53,713 nt of DNA from assembly GCA_963575745.1 (NCBI GenBank), contig CAUYUJ010000294.1, positions 62,001 through 115,713 of the forward strand, given 5' to 3'. A program made the translations under genes and the position numbers. Below the pieces are notes generated by a model. The model was not told the DNA's origin. It saw nothing but the letters and a program-made list of their open reading frames with translations, and made no database searches. This document shows positions 23,510 to 33,600 of the stretch, one piece after another (the first letter of the stretch is position 1; every line of letters starts with the position of its first letter). The stretch is from Prorocentrum cordatum (lineage: Eukaryota).

Positions 23510-25090
23510 TTACGTTGGCGACGTGTGTCTCACAAGGGCAAGGCCCGCGGCGACGCCGACAGCGATTCGCGTAACACATTTGCAGGAACCGCTGCCGGCC
23601 TCGGTACCGATCTTTCCATACACATCTCGACCGCACCGAAAAAAAACGACACCAACAGGGGAACAAACAATGACATGAGCAAAAGTAGCCTGGCGAAGGA
23701 ACCAACCCAATGCTTGTGCATCCCACACTTGTGGGTATCGTCTTCGGTGGAGCTCCGTATGAATCACGAAACGCTGTACTGGGTGGGGGGGCGCATGCGA
23801 ACTTTGTCACTGGTGCCTTCGGTGGAGCTCTCTATGGGGCCACGAAGCGCTGTACTGGGGAGGGACGAACTTCGCCACTGGGGCCTTCGGAGGAGCTCCC
23901 TCTGGGGCAACGAAACGCTGTACTGGGCGGGAGAGACGCATGCGGGCGGTAGCACTTGGGCCTTCGGTGGAACTCCCTATGGGCCACGAGACGTTGTACT
24001 GGGTGGGGGAAGCGCATGTGGACTTTGCCACTGGGGCCTTCGGTGGAGCTCCCGATGGGGCCACGAAACGCTGCACTGAGTGGGGGGGACGCATGTGGAC
24101 TGTGCCATTGGGACCTTCGGGGAGGACCCTGTGGTGCCACGGAACGCTGTACTGGGTGGTAACGGCGCAGGCGGGAGCACTTGGGCCTTCGGTGGAGCTC
24201 CCTACGGGGCCAAGAGACGTTGTACTGGGTGGGGGAGAACCATGCGGGCGGTAGCACTGGGGCACTCGGTGGAGCTCCCTGTGGGGCCACGAAGCGCTGT
24301 ACTGGGTGAGGGGGGCGCATGCGGGCGGTTGCACTGGGGCCGTCCGTGGAGCTCCTTGTGGGGCAACGAGACGCTGCACTGGGTGAGGGGGACGCATGCG
24401 GGCGGTAGCATTGGGACCTTCGGTGGAGCTCCCGATGGGGCCACGAAACGCTGTACTGGGTGGTAAAGGCGCATGCGGGCGGTAACACTTGCGCCTTCGG
24501 TGGGGCTGTACTGGGTTGGGGGGGAACGCATGCGGGCGGTAACACTGGGACCTTCGGTGGAGCTCCCTGTGGGGCCACAAAACGCTGTACTGCGTGGGGG
24601 GACGCATGCGGGCGATAGCAGTGGGACCTTGCGTGGAGCTCCCTATGAGGCACGAAACGCTGCACTGGGTGGGAGAAACGCATGTAAGCAATAGCACTTG
24701 GGCCTTCGGTGGAACTCCCTGTGGGGCCACGGAACGCTGTACTGGGTGGAAGAGGCGCCTGCGGGCGGTAGCACTGGGGCCGTCGGTGGAGCTCCCGGTG
24801 CGGCCACGAGACGCTGTACTGAATGGGGGGGATCCATGCGAGCGGTAGCCCTGGGATCTTCGGTGGAGCTCCCAATTCGACCACGAAACTCTGTACTAGG
24901 TTGGGGGGACATTTGCGAGCGGTAGCACATGGGCCTTCAGTGGAGCTCCCTATGGGGCCACGAAACGTGTGAGGGGTGCAAGGGATGGGAAGAGCGGGAG
25001 CAGGAAGGAGGGGGCGGAGGAGGAAGGAGGAAGGAACGTGGGGCGCCGTCTCTTCAAAACGAGGACCCAACACAACAGGATGGTTTGGAA
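23510..25090 (+). mobile_element. Second putative Helitron/Helentron-like element carrying the about 76-bp satellite
   Basis: 5' TTACGTTGGCGACGT matches the first element's start at 13/15. 3' CTCTTCAAAACGAGGACCCAACACAACAGGATGGTTTGGAA is similar to the first element's end. Confidence 0.4.
23738..24968. repeat. Tandem satellite, about 16-17 diverged units of about 76 bp
   Basis: Unit approximately GGGCCTTCGGTGGAGCTCCCTATGGGGCCACGAAACGCTGTACTGGGTGGGGGGACGCATGCGGGCGGTAGCACT. Confidence 0.92.
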
Positions 25091-25095
25091 CAAAA

Positions 25096-25229
25096 CTCGG
25101 AGGTCCGCGCGGATTCTTCGGATCGGCGCTGGGGCCCCCTGGCGGCGCGTCCGGCGCCGCCCATGGCGCGCAGAGCGCGCCAGGAATGGGGTCCAACGCC
25201 GATCCGAGAAATCCGCGCGGACCTGAGAG
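25096..25229. repeat. Inverted-repeat (foldback/MITE-like) element
   Basis: AGGTCCGCGCGGATTCTTCGGATCGGCGCTGGGGCCC ... GGGTCCAACGCCGATCCGAGAAATCCGCGCGGACCT. Confidence 0.65.
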
Positions 25230-27010
25230 TTTTTTTTTTGGGGGTCGGCGCGCACAAGGAGGTAATTAGGGGGAAGGGGGAAGGCTTCTTTGGAGGCTGC
25301 TTCTTAGACGGCGCGGGCCCCACATCTTATGACAAGGCCCGCGCCTTCTGGGAAGCAAGGGTGCTTCTGAGAAGCCCTCCCTCCTCTTCCACCTCCTCTG
25401 CGCGTCGCTATTGTTCCTCGACCCAAAGATGCAGCGTTAGACGGTACCCCCCCAGCCTAGACAAGCGCGCTCCACCCCCTGCAAACTAGCTGCTCGCTAA
25501 TGGCCTGTCTCCGCCGCGGGGGATTGACGATCCATTGCATCGGGGCAAGCACGTGTTTTCTCTGACGCTTGCGAGTGGAAACTTTGCGAACAGCTTGGCT
25601 ACAACCAAGAGTGACCAAGGCAAGAGTGAGCTGTAGTGCGCGTATTATGGGGCGCAAGGATCGCATCGCGCTAAACGATCGGGGGAATCCAATGAGCCCG
25701 CACCAAAGGTCACTCCGGCGAAGGGTCACCCTTGCGTGCGCAGTCGGACCTGGGCCAGAACTCACGAACACCATACCCTCCGTCGGCCAAAACAAACAGA
25801 ACATCCAAGGGTACCCTCCCCAGGGTGCACGAGAACATCCAACAAACACGAGGAACACCAGGGTACCCTCCCTGAACCGACCTCGATCTTATACCTCGGC
25901 TCGACTGTAGTCGAATAGCCCTGAGATCCGACGTTGCAACAAAAAATGCAAACTTGCAAAGTATCACGACCAGACCCCCAGACCCCATCTTCCTGTGTCC
26001 TTTCTCGAGCTGGATCGATCCAGTGCGCGAAACATTGAGCGACAACACCCGGCTCGAAAAACCTGAGACGCCAGGATCTCGGGGAGTGCAACGCGCTCGG
26101 AAGGATGGAGGAGGGCAAGGAGGAGGAGCAGGAGGAGGAGGAGGAGGAGGAGGGGGCGCAGGATGAAGGGGCGTAGGGGAAGGAGGAGGAGGACGAGGAC
26201 GAGGACGAGGAGGAGGAGGAGGAGGAGGAGGAGGAGGAGGAGGAGGAGGAGGAGGGGGAAGGAGGAGGAGGAGAGGAGGAGGAGGAGGAGCAGGAGAGGA
26301 GGAGGAGGAGGAGGAGAAAGAGGAGGAGGAGGCGGAGGAGGAGGAGGAGAAGGAGGAGAAGGAGGAGGAGGAGGAGGAGGAGCAGGAGGAGGAGGAGGAG
26401 GAGGAGGCGCAGGAGGAGGAGGAGGAGGAGGAAAAGGAGGAGGAGGGGGCCCCCGCGGCCGGCCGCCGGCGCCTCGCCCCTGCCGCGGCCGTGCCGGCCG
26501 CCCTCCCGCGCGCCCCAGGGCGGCGGCGGCGGCTGCCCCCACGCACCTCGGGCTCCGCGCCCGCTCGCGCGAGGGGGGCTGCCTCCCGCCCTCCTCCAGC
26601 CTCCCCCTTCCTGCGCCAGCCCTCCTCCTCCTCCTCTTCCTCCTCCTCCTGCCCCTCCTCCTCCTCCTCCTCCTCCTCCTCCTCCTCCTCCTCGTCCTCC
26701 TCGTCCTCCTCCCGCTCCTGCACCTCCTCATTATCCGTCTCCTCCTCCTCCTCCTCCTCCTCCTCCTCGTCCTCCTCCTCCTCCTCCTCCCCCTCCTCCT
26801 CCTCCTCCTCCTCCTCCTCCTCCTCCTCCTCCTCCTCCTCCTGGCTCAAGCATTGCCATCCAGGGAAGGCCCTGGGTGTTCGGACCCAAGCATTTTGCTT
26901 TGCCCAGTGCCAGCCTGGTCCGCCCCAGGCAGCGGCACAGCCACGTCCCGCACTAGTGCCAACAGTTGGGCCCATTTCCTGCGCGCGCTGCCGCACAAGG
27001 GAGTCAGGAG

Positions 27011-28168
27011 ATGGCGACGGCCCAGAGGAAGTATGTCGTTTGCTCGAAGCGAGGCTGCAAAGGGTGGGCTTGGTGCTTTACTAATGCTCGCCACTGCATT
27101 CAGTGTGGCAGCCGTTTCAAGCAGCGTTCGGAGTCAGTGTCGCATGCAGACCGCCCAGCAGGGGGAGGAGGTGGAGCTCTGGACATTCGGCCAGACGTTC
27201 ATGAGCCACCGTCCAAGCCAGGCCGCTGGAGACACAGCTCCCGTGGGCCTGAGCCCCCCCCTGGCCTGGGCCGCGGAGGAGGTCGCAAGGTCACCTTCGC
27301 GGAGGACGACACCCCCAGTGAAGATCCAGTGGCCCTGGCCCAAACGCAGGTCACTTTCTGGAAGAAGTGGGAACCAGACGGAGAAGAGCACAAGTCGGCG
27401 ATCAGCAAGCTCAAGCATGCCAAAGCGCAGGCCCTGTCAGCCAAGAGCCTGGAGCAGCAGGCGCAGTCACTGTCAGATCAGTTGCAGGTTGCGCGCCAGA
27501 AGCTCATGGCCCAGAAGAAGGAAGCGACGGAGCTTGTCCACACCATCGTCGAGGCGAGTGAACACCACGGCAAGCTGGTCGCGGAGATTGAGACCAACAC
27601 CCAAGAAGTGCAGTCATTGGAGTCTCAGCACAATATGGCCGCCCAGGCGGCAGCGTACGAGGCATCCAAAGATGAAGATGTAATCACCACTCTCCAAGGC
27701 ATGCTGGCAGCGCGCGTGCCTGAGGGTGGGGAGGCCCCACCAGAACTACGTGCCAAATTTTCGGAGCTGGCGCAGCTGTTCGACAACATGCAGCACCAAC
27801 ACACCATGTTTGTGGAGTCACCGGCGAAAGGTGCTAGCAAGGGCAATGGGTCCCAGCCAGCGCAGGAGCCCGATGACTTCCCCGCAGTTGGTGAACGTGC
27901 TGATGAGCCCGATGAAGCCATGCCCATCCCAGGTGAGTATGTCCCGACGCCGGTGGACGACAAGGAGCTGGAGGAGACCTCGCCCGCAGACGGCGTCGAA
28001 GCGGCCCCGGTGGACGAGTCGCAGGGCCGAGTTCGTGCTGCTGCGGCTCTGGAGATGGTCGCCAGCGGCATGGCCAAGATCCAGGGCGATGGGGGCCCTG
28101 TGGCCAAGAAGGCCAAGGCGGCTGCAGCGGCCGCCGCGGCCGCAAGTGACGGCCCATCGCCAGGGTAG
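27011..28168 (+). CDS. LINE ORF1-like protein (N-terminal Cys4 zinc finger, coiled coil), 385 aa
   Basis: Open frame with coding-like codon usage. CSKRGC..W.W......CIQC motif, heptad-rich AISKLKHAKAQ...LEQQAQSLSDQLQVARQKL... segment and acidic/Ala tail, directly upstream of endonuclease remnants. Confidence 0.7.
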   Translation: MATAQRKYVVCSKRGCKGWAWCFTNARHCIQCGSRFKQRSESVSHADRPAGGGGGALDIRPDVHEPPSKPGRWRHSSRGPEPPPGLGRGGGRKVTFAEDDTPSEDPVALAQTQVTFWKKWEPDGEEHKSAISKLKHAKAQALSAKSLEQQAQSLSDQLQVARQKLMAQKKEATELVHTIVEASEHHGKLVAEIETNTQEVQSLESQHNMAAQAAAYEASKDEDVITTLQGMLAARVPEGGEAPPELRAKFSELAQLFDNMQHQHTMFVESPAKGASKGNGSQPAQEPDDFPAVGERADEPDEAMPIPGEYVPTPVDDKELEETSPADGVEAAPVDESQGRVRAAAALEMVASGMAKIQGDGGPVAKKAKAAAAAAAAASDGPSPG

Positions 28169-28169
28169 C

Positions 28170-29874
28170 CAGAATTATAGGCTAGCCACCACCAGCGGAT
28201 CTCGCCGGCCTGCCGCGCATAAGTTTTTGCAAAACCCGCAGGCCAGAGAACCCACCATCGTTTGTGCCTGTGCCCAGGAGTGTAAGTTAGCCGAAGGCGA
28301 TAGCATTGTACAGCAGATACAATGGTGCGCGCCTCAAGGGTGGCTGGCCTACGCAACTCCTGCTACGGTGAACCCCGCCTTTGAGCTGGCTTCAGGAGCC
28401 GAGTTTTTGTTTCGGGAGGGTTTGGACCTGGGGGTTCAACCTCTGCTGTTTCCCTCGGATTGTGTGCCCGCTCGCTTGTCTGGAGAGACCCTTGTGATCC
28501 CTGGGTCCCCAAAATTCGCTTTGTGTTACGTATCTTCATGCCGCTGCGGGTCCAAGGCTAATTTAAACCGCGTGGCCACCAACGGCCAACCTCAGGATGA
28601 CTCAGTGTATTCAGTTACTTTAAAAGCCCCTCGCTGCATAGGCCCCAGAAGCTGCTTGCTCACAACCCAGTGGGCCCGCAAGCGCCAGAAGTGAGACGGC
28701 GCCAGACTGCCGCGAACGTGAATTATGCCTCGCAGTTGATTGATGATGCCCAACGGCCGCTCACCGATCAGCAGCCGACGTCGATCCTGGACCACGCGCA
28801 CTACACCCTGGCCCAGGACTTGGAAGCTACAATCAATAGAAGAACCAACGCGCCCTTTAAACCCAGTAAGTGTCCCAAGGATCAGCCCCCCCAGTTTAAT
28901 AAGGCCCCCGCGGTGGCCAAAGAGGCTCGTAGCAGAGCCAACGGGGCGGCGCTTACGGGCACGTTCAGAGGGTTGCGTAATCAAGTTCAGGAATGTAGGA
29001 GCTGTATTCAGGGCTGGAATGTGATTGAATTTCAGGACGCCCTGGACAGCCCGGAGGATTGCCCCGAGTCGTGCTCCACCGTGGTGCCCCTCAAGGAGGG
29101 GATTCAGGATGTCCGAGTAGCCGCAGGTTAGCTTCTTACTGAATTCCAGGTCGGCGTTCCAAATCAGACGCTGGCGCAGCAAGTGTTAGACGAGTTGCTG
29201 GAGCAGGTTACCAAGCACCTGCAACAGGAGCTGGCTGGCCACTATATTGTTGAATTGATCTACGAACAATCCTTGGGATGCGTGTTCAACAGCTCTACCG
29301 AAGATCAACAACACAGCGCCCAGGTCCCTTACGAGCTATATAACTATTACTATTATGTTTATGCTGACCGGCCTTATCTTGCGCATCGTGCTGTTGAGCC
29401 TGGTGTTTCAAGTTGTTTACTACAAATCATTCTATCCCAGTGCGCCAGCGAACACATCGTTTCATTGCAAGATTGTGCGGTCAGCGGCGGTAAACCTTGG
29501 AGGGGTGTTACTGCTGGCAGCATTGTGACCACGAGCCTTGTGCAGTTGTATATCATCGCCCCCTCGGTCATATGGACACAGGCCCATAGTCACAGTAGGC
29601 TCGCGACGCTCATTGATAATATGTTGATCCAGTGCCACGGCCGCAGTGTCAGCCTCATCGTCAGCCAGATGAACACAGCCGCCAGACGGAAGGCGAATTG
29701 CATCAGCCACGAGTCTAAGTGCCAGATGGACAGCAAGAAGACCCAGGTGCCAGCGTCTCACCAATCCCTGCAGGACCAGCTCAGGACTAAGATGGGGCCC
29801 CTTGCAGGCCCGAACCCTGATCGTTCGGGATCCAACCTGGGAAAAGAAACGGGGGCTGGCCGACCCCAGAGAAG
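28170..29874 (+). pseudogene. LINE ORF2 5' part: APE endonuclease and reverse transcriptase remnants
   Basis: CAQECKL...QWCAPQGWLAYATPA...ASGA is like the APE N-terminus. In 29183..29890, RGVTAGSIVTTSL (G..aG motif), LIDNM (decayed YxDD), SKKTQV and NLGKETGAG are RT-like. There are frameshifts and stops. Confidence 0.6.
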
Positions 29875-30572
29875 CTCGTATAGCTGCTAGTCGGCCGCGC
29901 AGGCCGGGAAAGAGCTAACACATTCGCAGATACATCTTCCTCCATCGTTGTATCGTGTGGGAGACAGTTGATGTAGGGATGTGACGATACAGGTTCGTTT
30001 TACTCGCTCAACTGCTGCAGTCCAGTTGACAGATCTTGAGCCAAATAACGACGGATGCTTTGCCCGTCCTGCTCTCTATGGCAGATTTGCCGCAAGAGCG
30101 CTGCAAGAAATTATATGTTACAACATACTACAAGTACAAGGGGCGAGAAAGGATGCGCGATTATCGTGGCGCCTTTGCGTGCCTTCGCACGCTCTTGTCG
30201 CACCGGCAATCCCACGGTCGCACCAGCAGACAGATGGTCGCACCAGCAGACAGATGGTCGCACCAGCAGCCAGGTGACGCCACAGCGTCGCGCGCTTCGG
30301 GGAGGTTGCTCAGGTTCTAGCGGAGGAGGGGATACACAAGAAAGAGAAATAGAGAAAGAGATTATGCTACAACGTGCTTTGGCGACAGAGCACTCGTCCC
30401 GTGACACCCGAGGGCGGGGGGACGTTGAGCAACCATCCAGTGACACCCGAGGGCGGATGGACGGTCGCTCAGTAGTGCAAGGCTGCTGCTACGTGATGCT
30501 CACTCAGAAACGCTCCATGATACAAATCATGCTGACACTTGTATCGTCACATGTTTCGGGGGTCTCTACGCA
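29875..30572 (-). repeat. 3' LTR (698 bp)
   Basis: Matches 39373-40070 at offset 9498 with no differences seen. ORF-track translations from both copies are identical. Sense termini are TGCGTAGAG...CTATACGAG. Confidence 0.97.
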
Positions 30573-30580
30573 CTCCCCCT
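30573..30580 (-). promoter_or_regulatory. Polypurine tract
   Basis: Minus strand AGGGGGAG immediately before the TG of the 3' LTR, which is typical of copia. Confidence 0.9.
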
Positions 30581-30623
30581 GATCTGGTGCTCAAAGTGCC
30601 GGATCATATGGTAGAGAACCCAT

Positions 30624-33600
30624 TCAAGCCGCCTTTGGCTTCTCTGTTGCACCAGGCGTCCAGCATGGCGGAGGGTACTCTCCCCGCATCGCCTTCCGGA
30701 TGTTCTCCAACACATCCGTGCTGGCAAGTTTTGTCAAGGCGTCTGAGACCATAGTCTTGGTCGGCTCGTGTCCGAGAAGAAGTCTGCCCTTGAGGAGTTC
30801 TTCCTGGATCCTGGAAGCCCTGACCCCGAAGTACCGGGTGCGCCAATTCGACCCCTGCTCCGCGATCGCCAGGGCGGCGTCGTTGTCCAGCAGAAGCTTG
30901 ATTGGCTCCAGCTCGATACCCCATTCCTCGAGTAACGCCCGGATGCCTTCGACGATCTGCCACGCGAGCGCTGCTGCACCTAGCTCCGCCTCTGCTGTGC
31001 TGAGAGAGCTGACAGTCTGGCGCGACGAGCGCCACAGCAGCGGAGCTCCTGCCCAACTCAGGAAAACACCTGACTGAGCTCTGGTACTCACTCCTGCATA
31101 GCCAGCGTCTGACCAAGCTACCAAAGAAGCCTCATTTCCACCGCTGGGCAGAAATAGCCCACAGTCACGTGTACCCTTAAGGTATCGCAAGATTTTCTTC
31201 GCCAGCTGCTCGCTCCACTTGGCGTGCTTGCTCAGGGCGGAGGCTAACAGGCAGGTGAAATAGGCGAGGTCAGCCCGTGTTCTTGTGGATAGCCAATTAA
31301 ACTCTCCTGCGTAACTCTGAAGCTCGCGAAGTTTGTCTTGACCTGGCTGGTCCTCCTCTCCCGGGGGGTCCATGGTGACTGTGTTCAACGCCTTCGCATC
31401 GGACATACCATGCTTCTCAAGGATCATATCAATGAAGTGCTTCTGGTGGAGGACAATCCCATCGGCGAGCCGCTGGATCTGGAGGCCAAGAAACGTGATC
31501 TCGGTGCCAGCCTCAAGCTTCACCTCTTGCTTCATTGTCCAGTGCTTGGCCAGGGCTTCCTTGAAGTTCGTCCGCATCTCGTCCTGCGGGCAGGCCAGCA
31601 AGAAGTCGTCTACGTAGACAATGAGCAATCCGAGCACTACATTCACGCCCTTCTCGGTTATCTTCCACACCTGACTGTCCTCAGCGCACTGTTCGAGGCA
31701 ATAAGTTTTGCCCTGAGCCTTCCAAGTAAGATTCCGGAACACCCGGTCCCGCTCTTTGCCCCAAGCCCTGGGTGCGACCCTCAAGCCGTACACTGCACGT
31801 TGTAAGACCCACACTTCTCCGGGTACTACGAGCCCGGCTTCGACGAAGGCTTTGGGCGGATTCACCAGGACGAGGACGGTCTCAGGGAGCGGCGCGTACA
31901 TGAATGCACCTGACACGTCAAGAGTGCCGAAGTCCCATCCTCGCAGGAGTCCCATACGTAATCCGGCGAGCAAGCTGGACGTCTCGGCTTGCGCTGTCCA
32001 CAGGGCCTGGCTGGGGTCGTTGCGCTCGAAGTTGCCGCACACGACTGCCCGGACTCTGTAGATGCCTCCCTGCTTCTTCGTGTACACGAGCTTCATCGGC
32101 AAGGGAGGGCCATGGCGTCTCTTGTCCGCCTCTGTGGCGGTCCTGTATACATTTCGCTGAACGAAATTCTCGACGTATTCCTTCTCTGTGGCAGCGCGCC
32201 ACTGCTCAGCTTCACGCCCAGTGGTCTCGCGTACTTCGGCAGCTGGGACTGTCACAGACCCCGGGCCGTCCATGAGATTGACATCGTGTTCTGTAGACAA
32301 CCCATGAACAACGTCGGGAGGCACATCGACCGCCTCGCCGTGAGCTCCGGTCAGGAGCGCCCTCACGGTGACCATCCTCTCCGTCACGGAGCGTTTTTCT
32401 TTGAACCTCTTACGGCGGTGAGGCTGCATGAGGACTGATGTTCCGGGAAGTGGGTGCTCTTCGTCCTCTTCGTTCTGCTCCTCTGGCAACGCTGCCACGG
32501 CCTTCTCCGTAGCAGGCGAATCGTCATCACCACCATCAGGTCCTGCGTGTTCTTCGTCCAGAGACTGGCCAGTGATGTGCACAAGCCCCGAGCCGCTGAT
32601 CCACTCGTCCGCATCGAAATCTGTGTCAGACTCGGTGTCCGTCTGAACGGGGGCGTGGTCTGGGCTGCATGTTGTGTCTGACCAAGTGCCTCCAGTGGCT
32701 CCCACAGAAGACGGTCCTGCATGGCTGCTCGAACACTCAGACATGGCCACAGCAGCGTGCGGGAAGATCGCCAGACGCCGATGTACATCATCAGGTACCT
32801 TCTGTATTGTTATTTTTCGGTGGGAAGGTCTCCCAGGCAAACTCGCTGACGAAACAGATGCTACTGCAGCTTGGAATGACGGGTCCTCCATAAACGGGAC
32901 GATCTGTGGAGAGTTGCCGAGCTGCTCAACCAGTTCCTCTAGCCTAACAAGGACTGGAGGCGGCTTTTCTTCCACGTTCAGATCTTCAGGGGGGTGCTCG
33001 GGCAACGACTCGTCTGGCAGCACCGCTGAAGCAGGAACAGGACCTCCAGGGGCACGATTGCCTGCATGATCATGCTCTGGAAAATCCACAGCTGCAGCGT
33101 CGAAGAGGGATGCTTGTGGAGGAGGCATCGCCGCAATCGGCGTTTCGTACTCGTCCCAGCTGGCCTTGACGATGACAAGCTCGTCTTGCGTCAGCCCGGC
33201 CGTCTGGATGTTGACCTTCGGCACGACCTTCCCAGACTGGTACACCCACAGAGCATCCGGAATGTTCTCACATGGGCCAAAACACGTGGCCGGAAGCGCT
33301 CTCGGAAGGAACGCGTTGCGTGGCGCTGGCGTAAGGTTGACCATCACACGTGTACCAAAAGGCACTTTAGGCGGCCTTGCTTCTCCGGCGTCCACCCGAC
33401 TGAGATGAGCTGCCGCCAAGACTGCCATGCCCCACCACCGTGTGGGGAGCCGGTTCAGGCTGAGAAGGTATCTGCCTCTGGGTTTGATGACTCCCACAGA
33501 TGCCTCAGCAGTGCCATTGCTGCTGGGGTCGTACCCCTGTGTCGTAGCGAAGTGGATAGCATGGTACTTTAGATAATCAGCCAGCGCTGCATTGACGAAC

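Noticed and set aside
23738..24968. CRISPR array or repeat-protein gene (ORFs 23832..25196, 23807..24730)
   Set aside because: The period of about 76 bp is variable and not a multiple of 3, and the variable parts are homologous between units. It is a satellite.
29981..30582. Duplicated small ORFs in both LTRs
   Set aside because: They are identical only because the LTRs are identical, and there is no coding signature.
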